A DNA stretch of 63,805 nucleotides, the filler included, from Octopus bimaculoides (Eukaryota), in NCBI RefSeq assembly GCF_001194135.2. It is 5 parts of 5 records of this genome, joined end to end, with 100 filler letters (N's around TTAATTAATTAA, not from the genome) between each part and the next. Parts side by side here need not be neighbours in the genome. Positions count along the whole stretch, not along the records: positions 16,413 to 35,357 come from NC_068985.1; positions 35,458 to 42,601 come from NC_068992.1; 3 more parts are not named here. One strand, written 5' to 3'. Both the position numbers and the translations under genes were made by a program. The notes below the pieces were generated by a model. That model searched no databases. It was not told the DNA's origin and saw nothing but the letters and a program-made list of their open reading frames with translations. This document shows, in pieces, positions 27,737 through 41,680 of the stretch (its first letter is position 1; each line of letters starts with the position of its first letter).

Positions 27737-28789
27737 AATTAGTGTGCGCAGCGATGTGCGTGAGTACATGTATGTGCATTTGAAATACTTTTCATTGTAT
27801 GTGTATGTGAAATACCCTTCGTTGTTTATTAGTCATTCATATAGATTGTTTTTTCAATCGTTCACGCAAGCTTATATTTCGTCATAGATTTTTTTTCCAT
27901 TTATTTATTTTTGACTTGTATTTCAATTTCAATATTTGCAAAATGGAAACATTTTAAAATTGAGCACTTCCATTTTTTCTATTGTCGCTGTATGTTGATG
28001 CAATGGCATTTTTCTTATTTCCTTTTGATTATTAATTTCTTGTTTATCTGCAGTAATTTGCCAGCATAGTGATAATTCAGTTTGTCTAATATAGTTTTAC
28101 CAAGCATCTACAACATATTACTACATAAATGAAATTCTGAAATTTTCGTATATTCTAAAATTCATTCATCCTTAAAATTGAACATCGAGCCATCGCTTAA
28201 ATATAGGCATGTGACCTAATTTCGCCTTCCGCTTCTAGCAGAATGGTAACTCTTCTGGAAAATTTTGTTATAGTTTATTTTTTTGCAGTATTCGTTTGCC
28301 TTTTGCTTTTGCTGACAAGTTGATTTTCTAGAATTACTCTGATTTTTTTTATCTTCAAATAGAATAGGTAAGTTGTTTTGGATGTAGTTAAATATTTCTG
28401 TATTTATAGGGTTAAATGTGTATCTATGTAGCAAAGCATTTTTCTGGATCTTACTTTAACATCCATGTTTATGTGGGGATATATATATAATTCATGTATG
28501 TATAAATCTATAAATAAAAAGCCAACGAGCATACCTCCTGCTTTTACGCTTTACATGCTCCCTACATAATGTTATCGCTCAGGGTTTCAAGATTGTCCTT
28601 ACATGGATACTCTACTTTACACTTCTTTGTAATTGAATGCTATGGGCGTTTATAGCCCAGCTTTGTAGCGAAAGCCTACTGCTAAAGCCAGCCGCATGAT
28701 TCTCTCACACCATAGCTTATATTACTTTCTGCACACACACAAATAAATACATACATACATATTTGGTGAGGGGGACTAATAATTGCGAA

Positions 28790-30650
28790 TACAATGAACA
28801 TTATACATGACATTGAAGTCACAAACTACAAGAAGGCATTTGACTCTGTCCGCCACTCATGAACGCAGAAATTCTACTTGCTAGCATTCCATTCAACATA
28901 GTCAAAGCCATAGCTGACCTGACTTCTTCATGGGCCACCATCTTGAAGTTAAATACAAGGAAAGGTATTATCACTGATAAAAGATAGTACCACAGACATA
29001 TTCCCAAGGTACAGCATCTTTGTGGTGTTCTTAATTTCAGTGAAAGCACTGTCATTTATGTTCAAGGTGTCTGAAGGGTATATCACTCGTACACAAAGAT
29101 ACAGAATATTCAAAATTACACAGACTTTATTTGAGAATGACTTGAAACTTTATGCCAAGTGTATGCAAGAGCTGAAAAATAGCATTGCCCTGGTTACAAC
29201 ATACACAAAGTATATAGCGTGGGAACTTCATCAAGATAAATGTTGCTCTACGGTGAGGAAACGAGTGAAAACTGTTTACCAGATTAGTATCATCATCATC
29301 AATGACTTCAGAGTTTCTCCTGTATCTGATGAGGAATGTTTCAGGTACCTAAGGGTAGTTGAAAACATATCTGACGATGGTACCTCTCACAGGGCATCTC
29401 TCAATGAAGAAAATAACAAACAAATAACAAAAATGTGAACCTTGGAACTCTCTACATACAATAAAACAGTCACTCATAATATACATGCAGTGCCAGTTCT
29501 CATACTAACATTTTGGCTACTTGATTGGACGCTTCATGAGATCCGAAACATTTGTGAGAAAACCCGAATGAGCGGCACAAATAATTTTCTCATCAATAGC
29601 AACATATATCACCTCCATCTAAAACGAAAACAAAAAAGCACAGGCTGAATATCGATCCAGGCTGCTTTGAATGTCATATCATATCCCTTTGACAATATCA
29701 TTTAACAACCAACTGTCGAAGTGCATCCCTTGCATATACATGACAGATAACATCATGAGACACAGAAGCAGTTCGTTGAGTAATATACCGTGTCTGATAA
29801 CATTGGGTATATGCCTAAAGAAGCTGAACGACTCTACTGCAACGACTCTACTTCCATCCAGATGAAAGGATCAGTGTATATCAGCAGAAGACCATGCAGG
29901 AATATGTAAGCAGAAAGTTGCAGAATTACAACAACATTCATGAGCAAGAGAGTCTATCATGGATCAGCAACCGGATTACAAACTCTTATTATGTGTTTGC
30001 AATCCTGGAACAGGAATTAGCATCCAAATACCTGACACACAAAAGGGATAGAGACGCAGGAAATGCAGCAAAGTGTGATAACCAATGCAGACTTTGTGGA
30101 GTTAGCACCGAAGATATAACCCAGAAGCAGTTCTCCGCAAATTCACATCGTTATTATTTACCAATGAGACACAGTGTTGTACCCAATACACTGTATAATA
30201 AGATCCGTGACATGGATTACATTGATGCCCAAGAAGTAAGACCTCACTGTATGGTTGATGCCATATTGGCTCATAATATCAAAAAGCCAAGGCAGAATTT
30301 CCCTGTGAAAACTTAAATAAAATGTAAACATAATAGACCAGACAGCAATATGGGACAGAGAAGATAAACTATATACTGTAGTGGAAATCATCTGAACAGC
30401 GGATGTCGATATAAAGCTAAGGATCAGGGGACAAAAGAAACGCACATGCTGAATTATTCATAAATTTAGTTGCTCAACCCAGATTACGAGTTCGAGTTTG
30501 TAATTATATGGGCCCTGGGATATATAACAAACTGCCTAAGCAACAAACTGAAAAAATTAGACTTCTCAAAATCAGAAACGAAAAGCTAATTAAATGGTTA
30601 CAAATACAAACTGTTAAAATTTGATTTGTAAATCTATCCAAAATTTAGTA
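28790..30650 (+). mobile_element. R4/Dong-like non-LTR retrotransposon, degenerate RT + RLE
   Basis: LFENDLKLYAK (from FxDDLKLYA), FRYL, HNIHAVPVL..TFWLLDWTL, CRLCGVSTED..RYYLPMRH. Same family as 10021-10615. Confidence 0.8.
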
Positions 30651-31989
30651 TTTATGTATATGTACGCATGTTTGAACATACATTTATATGGATAAGAATA
30701 CATACATCGAAGAAAACATACACCTCTGCATATGCGCTGATTCAAAATACTGCATACATACAAATAAACATGCACATATACCATGTTTTGAAATTCCAGT
30801 GAAGGAGCGTAGGACCACGGTTAGAAATCGGATATTTTTCCTATTGGCAAGAAATCTAAAAATAATAACATACATATATCCTTGCATACATACGTACGTA
30901 CATACATACGTACATACATACATCCATACACACATACATACATACATACATACGTACATACATACATACATGCATACATACATACATACACGCATACATA
31001 CATACATACATACATACATACATACATACATACATGCAAACATACATGCACGCATACATGCGAGTGCATGTACATATACATATAGTTGGAATTTACTGAA
31101 AAACNNNNNNNNNNNNNNNNNNNNNNNNNNNNNNNNNNNNNNNNNNNNNNNNNNNNNNNNNNNNNNNNNNNNNNNNNNNNNNNNNNNNNNNNNNNNNNNN
31201 NNNNNNNNNNNNNNNNNNNNNNNNNNNNNNNNNNNNNNNNNNNNNNNNNNNNNNNNNNNNNNNNNNNNNNNNNNNNNNNNNNNNNNNNNNNNNNNNNNNN
31301 NNNNNNNNNNNNNNNNNNNNNNNNNNNNNNNNNNNNNNNNNNNNNNNNNNNNNNNNNNNNNNNNNNNNNNNNNNNNNNNNNNNNNNNNNNNNNNNNNNNN
31401 NNNNNNNNNNNNNNNNNNNNNNNNNNNNNNNNNNNNNNNNNNNNNNNNNNNNNNNNNNNNNNNNNTATATATATATGTATATGTGTGTTCATGTTTCTGT
31501 ATTTGTATTTGTGTTTGTCCCCCCAACAACGATTGACAACCGATGCTGGTGTGTTTATATCCCCGTAAATTAGCAGTTCGGCAAAAGAGACCGATAGAAT
31601 AAGTACTAGGCTTACAAGGAATAAGTCCTGGGGTCGATTTGTTCGACTAAAGGCGGTGCTCCAGCATGGCCACAGTCAAATGACTGAAACAGGTAAAAGA
31701 GTATATATATATATATATATGAAAGCAAATAAGCAAAGTAGCTAGTTATACAATATCAAGAAGTGATAGAATAATAACATACTGCTCAGTCGAGCTATTT
31801 GGCTCATCTCTAGTCGCGAGGACCTGCGTACCAGAGCGATATCCAGAATGTACTACTGCTAACAATATATTGCAAACAAAGTGACCATTGATCACTGATT
31901 TGAAACAAGCAAGTTAACTACTTTTAAAGTCTCAAGAAGAAATACAGTGGTAATATATACTAAACAATAAAGCCAGTCGCCACATCGAA

Positions 31990-32364
31990 GTGGCTGTGGA
32001 ATGTTACTACCAGTTTTACTGAAACTCACAGACTTGAGATACGGGACTTTACCACATCCTCTATATACTCCTGCTCTTTCACCCACTGACTATCGTTTTT
32101 TAAGCGTTTAAATACGTTTTTAACGTGATAAAACTTTCAGGTCCAAACCAGAGGTAGAATCAGCTTTCAAAGATTTCTCAGCATCAAAGCGAATAAGTTT
32201 TTATCAACGAGGCATAAATAATCTCGTTGATCGATGGCAGAGATGCATAGATGTTCGCGGCCCATACTTTGACTAATCAAAACATTTCTATTGCTGATAT
32301 CTCTTATTTTGTAACAATTAGAAGTTCACCGTTTGTAAAGGCTATGGTTTTCTATATAACCCCG
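31990..32364 (+). mobile_element. mariner transposase 3' remnant with terminal repeat
   Basis: LPHPLYTPALSPTDY (from YSPDLAPxDY)..FYQRGINNLVDRWQRCIDVRGPYFD* ending at 32276. Terminus ..tataaccccg|TA. Confidence 0.85.
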
Positions 32365-33439
32365 TATCCAAGGATATTTGTGCTTAATGAAATAGTATAA
32401 AAGTTTAATTTATTTCACACAGTTTTATTGTATAATGTGAGTTTAATTAGTAGTCAGAGGCAAGGATATTTCATTAAGTGAATTAGTGTATCTGTAACTT
32501 GTTTCCAGTTATTATGACAATATTGTAAAGAAATTATTTGGATTCAGAATAGAGGCCACACGTGTAATTTAATTTGTATTTTTATCATGTTAATTCAATC
32601 ACATGAATTACATTTTCTGAATGCCGCTCATAATAATAATTATGGAATGTATAACATCGATTTCATCAAAACTTGCTCAACTGGCTATACCTAGCAAATA
32701 AACTGTATAGTGAGCATTATAATGTTTTTGAGTTGATTCTTGTTAATATAAAATTGAAAGCTCACCGGAAAATAATAGTTTACATAATAAATACAATAGT
32801 TATTACAGTAATAAATATCAGAATCAATATATGATTTGAAATCTTAAAAGCAGTAAAATTATCATTGAAAGATACATAGGAAATATTGATATTGGTGGAT
32901 AAATATTTTCAATTAGAAGTGAAATTTCACTGGAAGGATTATAATTACGAGATTATTAAATAATTAAATAACAAAATAAGGTAGAACGATTATAGTTGAA
33001 CAGGTAAAGTAATTCATTGCTTAATGTAGGATTTAATTTGACAAAGAGAAATACACATCAGTATTGATTTACACAGCTATGTGCCTTGAGATTCATGGAG
33101 TTAGAATGAATTTCTTTCCATAAATCAAATAATGCTACAAGTGATCTGAAAATTATAAATAAATATTTGATGTCCTAACATAAATAAGATTGGATAGTTT
33201 GAGTTTTTATTAAATTTTCATGGGCTTGTATGTATGGAAAGAGTAAATGACACGGTGGAATGATATAATGGAGTTTATAAAATATTTAACAGTTATACAA
33301 TAAGTATCAGATATATATCATTGAACGATCAGTATCTGCTTAAATATACATGTATGTTACTTTTCTTCAGAAATCAAATTCTAAATCAAGCGCTCCTTCT
33401 AGCTAGGAATCTAACTAACCTGAACCTATTAGAAATTAC

Positions 33440-35090
33440 GATAATCCTTAATGGCTGTAAAACCCCTATTTCTTTTGAGGACAAACTTTAGTGCCGGGCC
33501 AACTATAACAACCATACCAAATAATTTAACATTACTATGTGGTCATCCGACTTCGCCCATGTCACCGACCTCGTCGGACTATATATCCTCTACCAACTCC
33601 AAATACATCAAGGGAGGCCTCTACAGAGATGACGCCTTGCTAGTCACCAAGAGCGTAAATAAATCCTCTTTAGAACAAACAAGGAAAGATCTATACAATT
33701 TTTTCTCTAGCCTCAACCTATTTATTAATTTTGAAAATTCCCACAAACCACAACATTTTTAGTCGTATCTTTAAACTTAGAAACCTCACAATACTCCCCA
33801 TATTACAAACCTAGCCAATACCTTAAGTACTTAAATATTAATTCCAATCATAAACCCACCTTAGATAATATCGCTAAGAGTATCTCAATTCGTATATCTG
33901 ACCTCTCATCCACTGAGGAAATAGACGATAACCACACCCCATATTACAACCAAGCACTCGCTGCCAGCAGCTTCTACCAACAAATAAAATGCATACAAGC
34001 TGACGCAACATATTACAACGATATGTCAACCATTAAAATCACAACAGACAACACGTGCACTAAACTAGAACTCCGGGATAACCCAGATTAAGACAACATA
34101 TAACACTAGTTAAAAAGCTAAAACAGCTAACAATAACAGGCTATATTACCTCTCTCTACGTTCTAAAAATATAGATAACACTACCCTTAAGCAACCAAAA
34201 AAGCGATGGACGTTCTATTCTATGGTATACATCCCGGTTCTCACTAAACGTTAAGAACTTAAATAAATCCTTTTTAATATACTAGACTCCAACTTCTCTC
34301 GTTCACATAAATATCACAATGTCTTTAACAGATCTATTTTAAAGCTATCCTACTCCTTCTCGCCCAACTTTGTGTCTAACATAACAGCCTCTAATAAACG
34401 AAATCTTTCTCTCTATTATCAAAACTTACACTGTAAAAACTCTGAATACAGGAGCGCCCAATATATACATAGCTCCAAAATCGAACCCAACCAATCCTAT
34501 TAAGACTAACCAGAATACTATTACCCCAACTTCCACCACTATTACAGACAGGAGAAATAACAGCAACGATAGAAATAGTAATGATAAGAGTAATAATAAC
34601 GCTATTAATAGAGACCAAGCTACTCCCATCTCTAACTTCTCCTCTGACAATATTTCCCCTCCATTCCTGAGAATAATCCTCACAATGCACTACCATGTAA
34701 CTGCCGTCCTGAGACCATCTACCCTCTGCAAACTCATTGCAGAAGGTCTGATGTAATTTATTAATGCACCGTCCTCAACAAGTTACACAATTCTACAACC
34801 ATATATATAGGATCAACTATAAATTTTAAACGGCGATACGCTGCGCATCTGAGTTATTTTAGATACGATAAACACAGTAAATCCACAACACTCGCCAGTC
34901 ATATACATCATCCCAAAAATAGAAATCTGCCCTACAACTTGTCATGATGCATAATAGATTCAGGGCTTCCATACCAAGGTCACCGCTCAGCCTGTAATCA
35001 ATTCCTAAAAGACGCATTCCATATATTAAAACACAGTACTTCAATACTACTAAATAAATATAACGAGGCCCTAGGTATTCCAACCACGGC
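33440..35090 (+). mobile_element. Penelope-like element, degenerate (RT C-half, linker, GIY-YIG region)
   Basis: GGLYRDDAL at about 33613-33640, YLKYLNINSNHKP, NVFNRSILKLSYS, and degenerate NFKRRY..H and IQ..PY motifs. Collinear with the 21.8-23.6 kb PLE. Confidence 0.7.
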
Positions 35091-35102
35091 TTTTTTTATA
35101 CC

Positions 35103-35156
35103 TTAGGGTTAGGGTTAGGGTAAGGGTTAGGGTTAGGGTTAGGGTTAGGGTTAGGG
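35103..35156 (+). repeat. Interstitial telomeric tract (TTAGGG)9 with one TAAGGG
   Basis: Read directly: 9 hexamers, 8 perfect. Confidence 0.95.
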
Positions 35157-37334
35157 TTTACTTACTTAGCTTATACCAAACAAGACTGATACCTGGTATT
35201 AGCTAAAGGAATATTGATGTTATAGGATATGCTAATTATAATTATATATTAATTATAAACTAAGAGATATAATATAGGTTTTAGAAGTTATTATTCATCT
35301 GAATCTAAATTTTTGCTTAACTCGTATATACATATATATGCATATACATACATACATNNNNNNNNNNNNNNNNNNNNNNNNNNNNNNNNNNNNNNNNNNN
35401 NTTAATTAATTAANNNNNNNNNNNNNNNNNNNNNNNNNNNNNNNNNNNNNNNNNNNNGTGTGTGTGTGTGTGTGTGTGTGTTTGTGTGTGTGTATTTGTA
35501 TGTGTTTGTGTTTGTGTATGTGTGTGTGTGTGTGCGTGTGTGAGTTTGTACGTGTGTGTTTGTGTGTGCGTTTGTGTGCTTGTATGTGTGTCTGCTTGTG
35601 TGTGTATATGTGTATTCATGTGTGTATACTTTGTGTGTGTGCGTGTGCTTGTGTGTGTATTTCTGTGTGTTTGTGTGTTTGCATGTGTGTCTGTCTGTGT
35701 GTATGTATGTATGCGTGTGAGTGTGTTTTTGTGCGTATTTGTGTGTGTGTGTTTGTATGTGTATTTCTGTATGTGTAATTCTGTGCGTGCGCGCGCGTAT
35801 GTGTGTGCGTGCGTACAGGCGTGTGTGTACATCTAATTATTAAAAACCTGTTTTTAATCGGAAAAGAAAAACCGCCGCCGCCGCCACCACCGTCATAAAC
35901 ATCTCCACCGCCACATTCACAAATGTTCGTCACGGAAAAAGTACAACACGTCAACAATATTCATAAAACACAAACGAGGTACTATTTAATCAGAGTAAAC
36001 TGACGCCTAGATACACTTAGGTCATTCGCACTAGAAAAACAACAAAACAACAAAACAAGAAAATGAGATGACAAAATTATAACTTCATTAGCTTACGACT
36101 GTTTCTGCCATTAGATGCAGTGCACTCAGAGTTGAGTGACTGAGTAACACTTTATAGCTTCTTCGGAGCCTCTCATTTTCTTTTGATATATTTATCTAAT
36201 TCAGCCTCTTTCTTCTGGCTATTTCATCATGTTGAACCGTTAATCCCTACACATATTTTCTCTCTCCGTTTTTTTCTTTCTTTTTTCATTCTCTCTCCTT
36301 TTTTTACTCTTAATCCTTTCTGGCGAAGACCGTAGGCTCGAGACGTAGAAGACTTTTCCATTCTTCTCGAGCGTTAAACTAATATACCTGCTTGTTGTTC
36401 CTACACTTGTCTTCGTCTTTTGTTTTCTGGAAATTTGAACTATATATATGTATTAATATACATACATACATACATACATACATGCATATATACATATATA
36501 TATANNNNNNNNNNNNNNNNNNNNNNNNNNNNNNNNNNNNNNNNNNNNNNNNNNNNNNNNNNNNNNNNNNNNNNNNNNNNNNNNNNNNNNNNNNNNNNNN
36601 NNNNNNNNNNNNNNNNNNNNNNNNNNNNNNNNNNNNNNNNNNNNNNNNNNNNNNNNNNNNNNNNNNNNNNNNNNNNNNNNNNNNNNNNNNNNNNNNNNNN
36701 NNNNNNNNNNNNNNNNNNNNNNNNNNNNNNNATATATACTGTTGTTTTTTATGCTCCAACCAGCGTCCCGCATGCTCTTAAACATCACGGTTTGCCATGC
36801 GTACTGATAGTCTGTAATTTGTTTATATTTATTAATCCACATCATTCACTGGTTGTTATATTATTGCTGTTATTTCCGTTCAGAACAGATTGGAACATTT
36901 TACTACTAAAATTCGAGAACTACCCAACCGATTTCATTCAAATTTAATACATGCCATATTTAGGGTCCATGCAGTGTCATGGGTTAACAAAATTTTCAAC
37001 TTCTTGCCTAATGCGAGCCCGGAGTAATCTCTTATCTCATACACTATTGCAGTATTACATATCAAAAGTGAAACAATAACATCTCTAATGTGAAATACTT
37101 TCAATTTTAATACTTTCACTATTAATACTGAAACTATTAAAAGTGATACATGAATATATTTGTATATACATCTGCACATATATATAAGTATATATATAGC
37201 TGTATATGTATAGATGTATATGTATACATGCATATGTATAGATGTATATGTATAGATGTATGTGTATATATACACTATATATAGAGATTTATATGTGTAT
37301 ATATGTATAAATGTATACTCTTTTACTCTTTTAC

Positions 37335-37501
37335 TTGTTTCAGTCATTTGACTGTGGCCATGCTGGAGCACCACCTTTAGTCGAGCAAATCGACCCCAGG
37401 ACTTATTCTTTGTAAGCCTAGTACTTATTCTATCGGTCTCTTTTTGCCGAACCGCTAAGTTACGGGGACCCAAACACACCAGCATCGGTTATCAAGCGAT
37501 G
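37335..37501. mobile_element. Dispersed short repeat / SINE family A (representative copy)
   Basis: tcagtcatttgactg.ggccatgctggagcacc..agtacttattctatcggtctc..gccgaaccgctaagttacggggac. Other copies near 5755-6130 (inverted pair), 16095-16280, 16850-17030, 31520-31700, 38845-38935, 41330-41510, 42330-42530, 54535-54700, 58570-58740. Confidence 0.8.
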
Positions 37502-38435
37502 NNNNNNNNNNNNNNNNNNNNNNNNNNNNNNNNNNNNNNNNNNNNNNNNNNNNNNNNNNNNNNNNNNNNNNNNNNNNNNNNNNNNNNNNNNNNNNNNNNN
37601 NNNNNNNNNNNNNNNNNNNNNNNNNNNNNNNNNNNNNNNNNNNNNNNNNNNNNNNNNNNNNNNNNNNNNNNNNNNNNNNNNNNNNNNNNNNNNNNNNNNN
37701 NNNNNNNNNNNNNNNNNNNNNNNNNNNNNNNNNNNNNNNNNNNNNNNNNNNNNNNNNNNNNNNNNNNNNNNNNNNNNNNNNNNNNNNNNNNNNNNNNNNN
37801 NNNNNNNNNNNNNNNNNNNNNNNNNNNNNNNNNNNNNNNNNNNNNNNNNNNNNNNNNNNNNNNNNNNNNNNNNNNNNNNNNNNNNNNNNNNNNNNNNNNN
37901 NNNNNNNNNNNNNNNNNNNNNNNNNNNNNNNNNNNNNNNNNNNNNNNNNNNNNNNNNNNNNNNNNNNNNNNNNNNNNNNNNNNNNNNNNNNNNNNNNNNN
38001 NNNNNNNNNNNNNNNNNNNNNNNNNNNNNNNNNNNNNNNNNNNNNNNNNNNNNNNNNNNNNNNNNNNNNNNNNNNNNNNNNNNNNNNNNNNNNNNNNNNN
38101 NNNNNNNNNNNNNNNNNNNNNNNNNNNNNNNNNNNNNNNNNNNNNNNNNNNNNNNNNNNNNNNNNNNNNNNNNNNNNNNNNNNNNNNNNNNNNNNNNNNN
38201 NNNNNNNNNNNNNNNNNNNNNNNNNNNNNNNNNNNNNNNNNNNNNNNNNNNNNNNNNNNNNNNNNNNNNNNNNNNNNNNNNNNNNNNNNNNNNNNNNNNN
38301 NNNNNNNNNNNNNNNNNNNNNNNNNNNNNNNNNNNNNNNNNNNNNNNNNNNNNNNNNNNNNNNNNNNNNNNNNNNNNNNNNNNNNNNNNNNNNNNNNNNN
38401 NNNNNNNNNNNNNNNNNNNNNNNNNNNNNNNNNNN

Positions 38436-38835
38436 GTGTTCCATTCCAGTTTCCTATTCAGGCTAGGTTTATCTTCTATTATATGTGTAGCTTCTGTAAT
38501 TTGTCTAAGCGTTGCGTCTGTTCTATGTGTGGACAAGATTTTAACTTCTATGTTTTTGAGCGAGCCCCTGTGTTCCTGCTCGGCGTGCTGGTACAGAACC
38601 GATGAGCTCTTCTCTTCCTTAAGTTGCCTCCAATGCTCATTTACCCGCTCTCCTATGCTCTGTGCTGTTTCCCCTACGTACGTCGTTGTCTTGTTACTGC
38701 ACCGTCCCTCTGTACAACTTATACTCTAGACTACATTTCTGGTTTTACAGTTTGTTTGTGGACTAAACCTACATACAGTACAGCTCCTATCAGTACAGGG
38801 GGGGTCTACTAAATGGGTAGGTTCTACCGATTAGG
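38436..38835 (-). mobile_element. GIY-YIG endonuclease end of a second Penelope-like family, near-intact
   Basis: PCTDRSCTVCRFSPQTNCKTRNVV*SISCTEGRCSNKTTTYVGETAQSIGERVNEH..SVLYQHAEQEH..RQITEATHIIEDKPSLNRKLEWN. One stop at the VVY tyrosine; runs into the gap. Confidence 0.85.
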
Positions 38836-38968
38836 GATTTGAATAAGTACTAGGCTTACAAAAATAAATCCTGGGCTCGATTTCTTCGACGGATGGCGGT
38901 GCTCCAGCATGGCCGCAATCATATGAACGAAACAAATAAATCAATAAAAAAAACTATGCCATTTTAAT

Positions 38969-38997
38969 CCCGAGCAACGCCGGGTATCTCTGCTAGT
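38969..38997 (+). mobile_element. Helitron 3' terminus (hairpin + CTAG|T)
   Basis: CCCGagcaacgcCGGG hairpin, then tatctctg, then CTAG (38993-38996) followed by T. Confidence 0.7.
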
Positions 38998-39850
38998 TCA
39001 TGATAATTCTAATGTCAAGGTCACTAATTCTGGTGTATTGCGCAGCAAACCTTAGGGCCATCAGAAGGAGGGGCTTAGATACGGAAGGGTAGAAGTCAAC
39101 AATGCCGAACTGGGTGAATCTACAGGCTGATTTATTCTCGATACCACGGAACCAGTTGACCACGGCTGCGCTGGAGTTCCATTGCGTCAACCCATTCCCT
39201 CTTCTGATATCGGAGTTGATAATATCGAGAATACGTTTGCTAATAATACCTATCTCACTTTTAGAGAGATTGCTCAGCCTGCATTTGGAATTGGAATGGA
39301 AGTTACCCTTATAGTCCTTAACTGTAATATGTGGCGAGGTCGCGTGACGAGGCAGTCCACACGATCTTCTATATTAAGGCGAGTGACAAGCTCCTTTGCT
39401 TCTGTATTTATGTCACTGTATATGGAATTACAGGTTTTGTTGTGTTTTGGTGATGGCACTTGTAAGAAGTCTTGAGTGTATGGAAGTGTTTTGTCTGCGA
39501 GGGTGTGTGTGTTGGGTGATTGTTTAATGCTGGTCATATAGTCATTTAGGGATTTAAGAAAGGGGTTAGAATAATGCCGAAACCTTACCTTCTTTACAAT
39601 GTTTCATAGGCCAGTCTCAAAGTTCTCAAGGTCTTTCATAAATGAGGTGGGGGCCCTTTCGCGATTTGAAACCGAATTTATCCGTCGATGTAGTGGTGGA
39701 TGGATTCTCGTAGAAGAAAGCCTTCCAGCGCGTGCGTTTGATGACACTTTTCGTCTTCTCCGTAAGTCGCGTCAAGGAGATTTTCCTTGGAGGTATTTGG
39801 CTATTCCTCAACGAGTACAGTAGTGGCTGTCTCTCCATTGCAAACTGTCG
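38993..39850 (-). mobile_element. Penelope-like element N-terminal/RT 5' remnant
   Basis: YSLRNSQIP..SVIKRTRWKAFF..FGFKSRK, INTEAKELVTRLNIEDRVDCL, FTQFGIVDFYPSVSK. Homologous to 21848-22330. Confidence 0.85.
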
Positions 39851-39988
39851 GTCAGACGTCCATGAATAGCGCTCAACAGAGTCTGGAGCTATTGTATATC
39901 TGTGTATGTATGTATGTATGTATGTATGTATGTATGTATGTATGTGTGTGTGTGTATCTATGTATGTATGTATGTATGTATGTATGTG

Positions 39989-40035
<47 letters not shown>

Positions 40036-40294
40036 TAGACTTACCACCCAGCGCTGCCCGATAAAGTATTCACGGAATTGTTTGCCATTTTGTAGAATGG
40101 GAATTCACGGTACTTATGCATTTAACCTAACTTCTGGACTTACTTAATTGGAACTATCCAAACAATAGTAATCAATTTACCTAAATAGAAGCATTTTTGT
40201 AACAATTTTTAGCCTGAAAATCACCTGTTACTTTCGTTTTAAAGTGAAAGTGAGGAGAAAGTGAAAGATGTATGAATGTGTATATGAAATGGAT

Positions 40295-40335
<41 letters not shown>

Positions 40336-40537
40336 TGTCTGTCTGTCTGTGTGTGTCTGTGTGTGTGTGTGTGTGTGTCTGTCTGTATGTGTNNNNNNNN
40401 NNNNNNNNNNNNNNNNNNNNNNNNNNNNNNNNNNNNNNNNNNNNNNNNNNNNNNNNNNNNNNNNNNNNNNNNNNNNNNNNNNNNNNNNNNNNNNNNNNNN
40501 NNNNNNNNNNNNNNNNNNNNNNNNNNNNNNNNNNNNN

Positions 40538-40594
<57 letters not shown>

Positions 40595-41543
40595 CACTTA
40601 TACATGAGAATCCATACGTACACTCACTCTCTCTCTCAGTCTCTAACGCACACACACATACATACACACATGCACACGCACATAGAAAAAAGATGTACGC
40701 ATATGTATTGAAGCATGTACGTATGCATGACAGTACACCCCTTCACTCACTCTCTCTCCCTCACTCTCTCTCTCTCTCTCTCTCTCTTTCACATACACAC
40801 ACATCCATTTCATATACACGTACATACATCTTTCACTTTCTCCTCTCTTTCACTTTAAATCAAAAATAAATAAATAAAATGTACGCAAATTAACGAACTC
40901 CGGATGATGAAATCACATTCATTTAAAAATATTTCTAAATAATTAAAATATTGTGTACGTCAAAAAGTCGACGGTGTTTTTTCCTTAGCGCGAAGACTAT
41001 GTGTGAGTGTATGTCACAGATAGCGGATGTGTATTTGTGTTGATTGACACGTCATGGCAATCATTATATGTGCGTATTCTGTATATGTGTATGTGTGTTG
41101 ACGTCACGGAAGACATATTTTTTTCATCAAGAAATAACAAACAAAAATTTTGTTTAATCGTTTAAATAGAGGTCCAAATGTCACAAAAATTTGTACTGCA
41201 CTGTAAGTATAAAAATAAATACGTAAGAAATTTAGATAAGATATACTATTTCTGAGATATTTCGGGTACACACAAACATCCCTAGAGTTTTAGTATTATA
41301 TATATACATTTATATATGCATGTATTGTTTTGCTTGTTTTGCAGCCATGTTGGAGCACTGCTTTAAAGGGTTTTAGCCGAAGAAATTTATCCCAAGTCTT
41401 ATTCTTTGTAAGCTTAGTACTTATTCTATCAGTCATTTTTGCCGAACCGCTAACTTACAGGGATATATACACACCAGCATCGGTTGTCAAACCATGGCGA
41501 GGAGGCAAACTCAGACGCACACACATAAATACATACACACACT

Positions 41544-41584
<41 letters not shown>

Positions 41585-41623
41585 ATGTATATAGAGATAT
41601 GTATGTATGTATGTATGTATATG

Positions 41624-41666
<43 letters not shown>

Positions 41667-41680
41667 GTATGTCTAATATA

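Noticed and set aside
27900-28440. Short minus-strand frames as a possible SLCO cytoplasmic tail exon
   Set aside because: No preceding TM12-like hydrophobic segment and no consistent acceptor/frame combination.
36080-36260. Coiled-coil-looking minus-strand frame ending at a GTAAGC donor
   Set aside because: Internal stop, and the sequence is a dispersed repeat also present at 17.3 and 17.7 kb.
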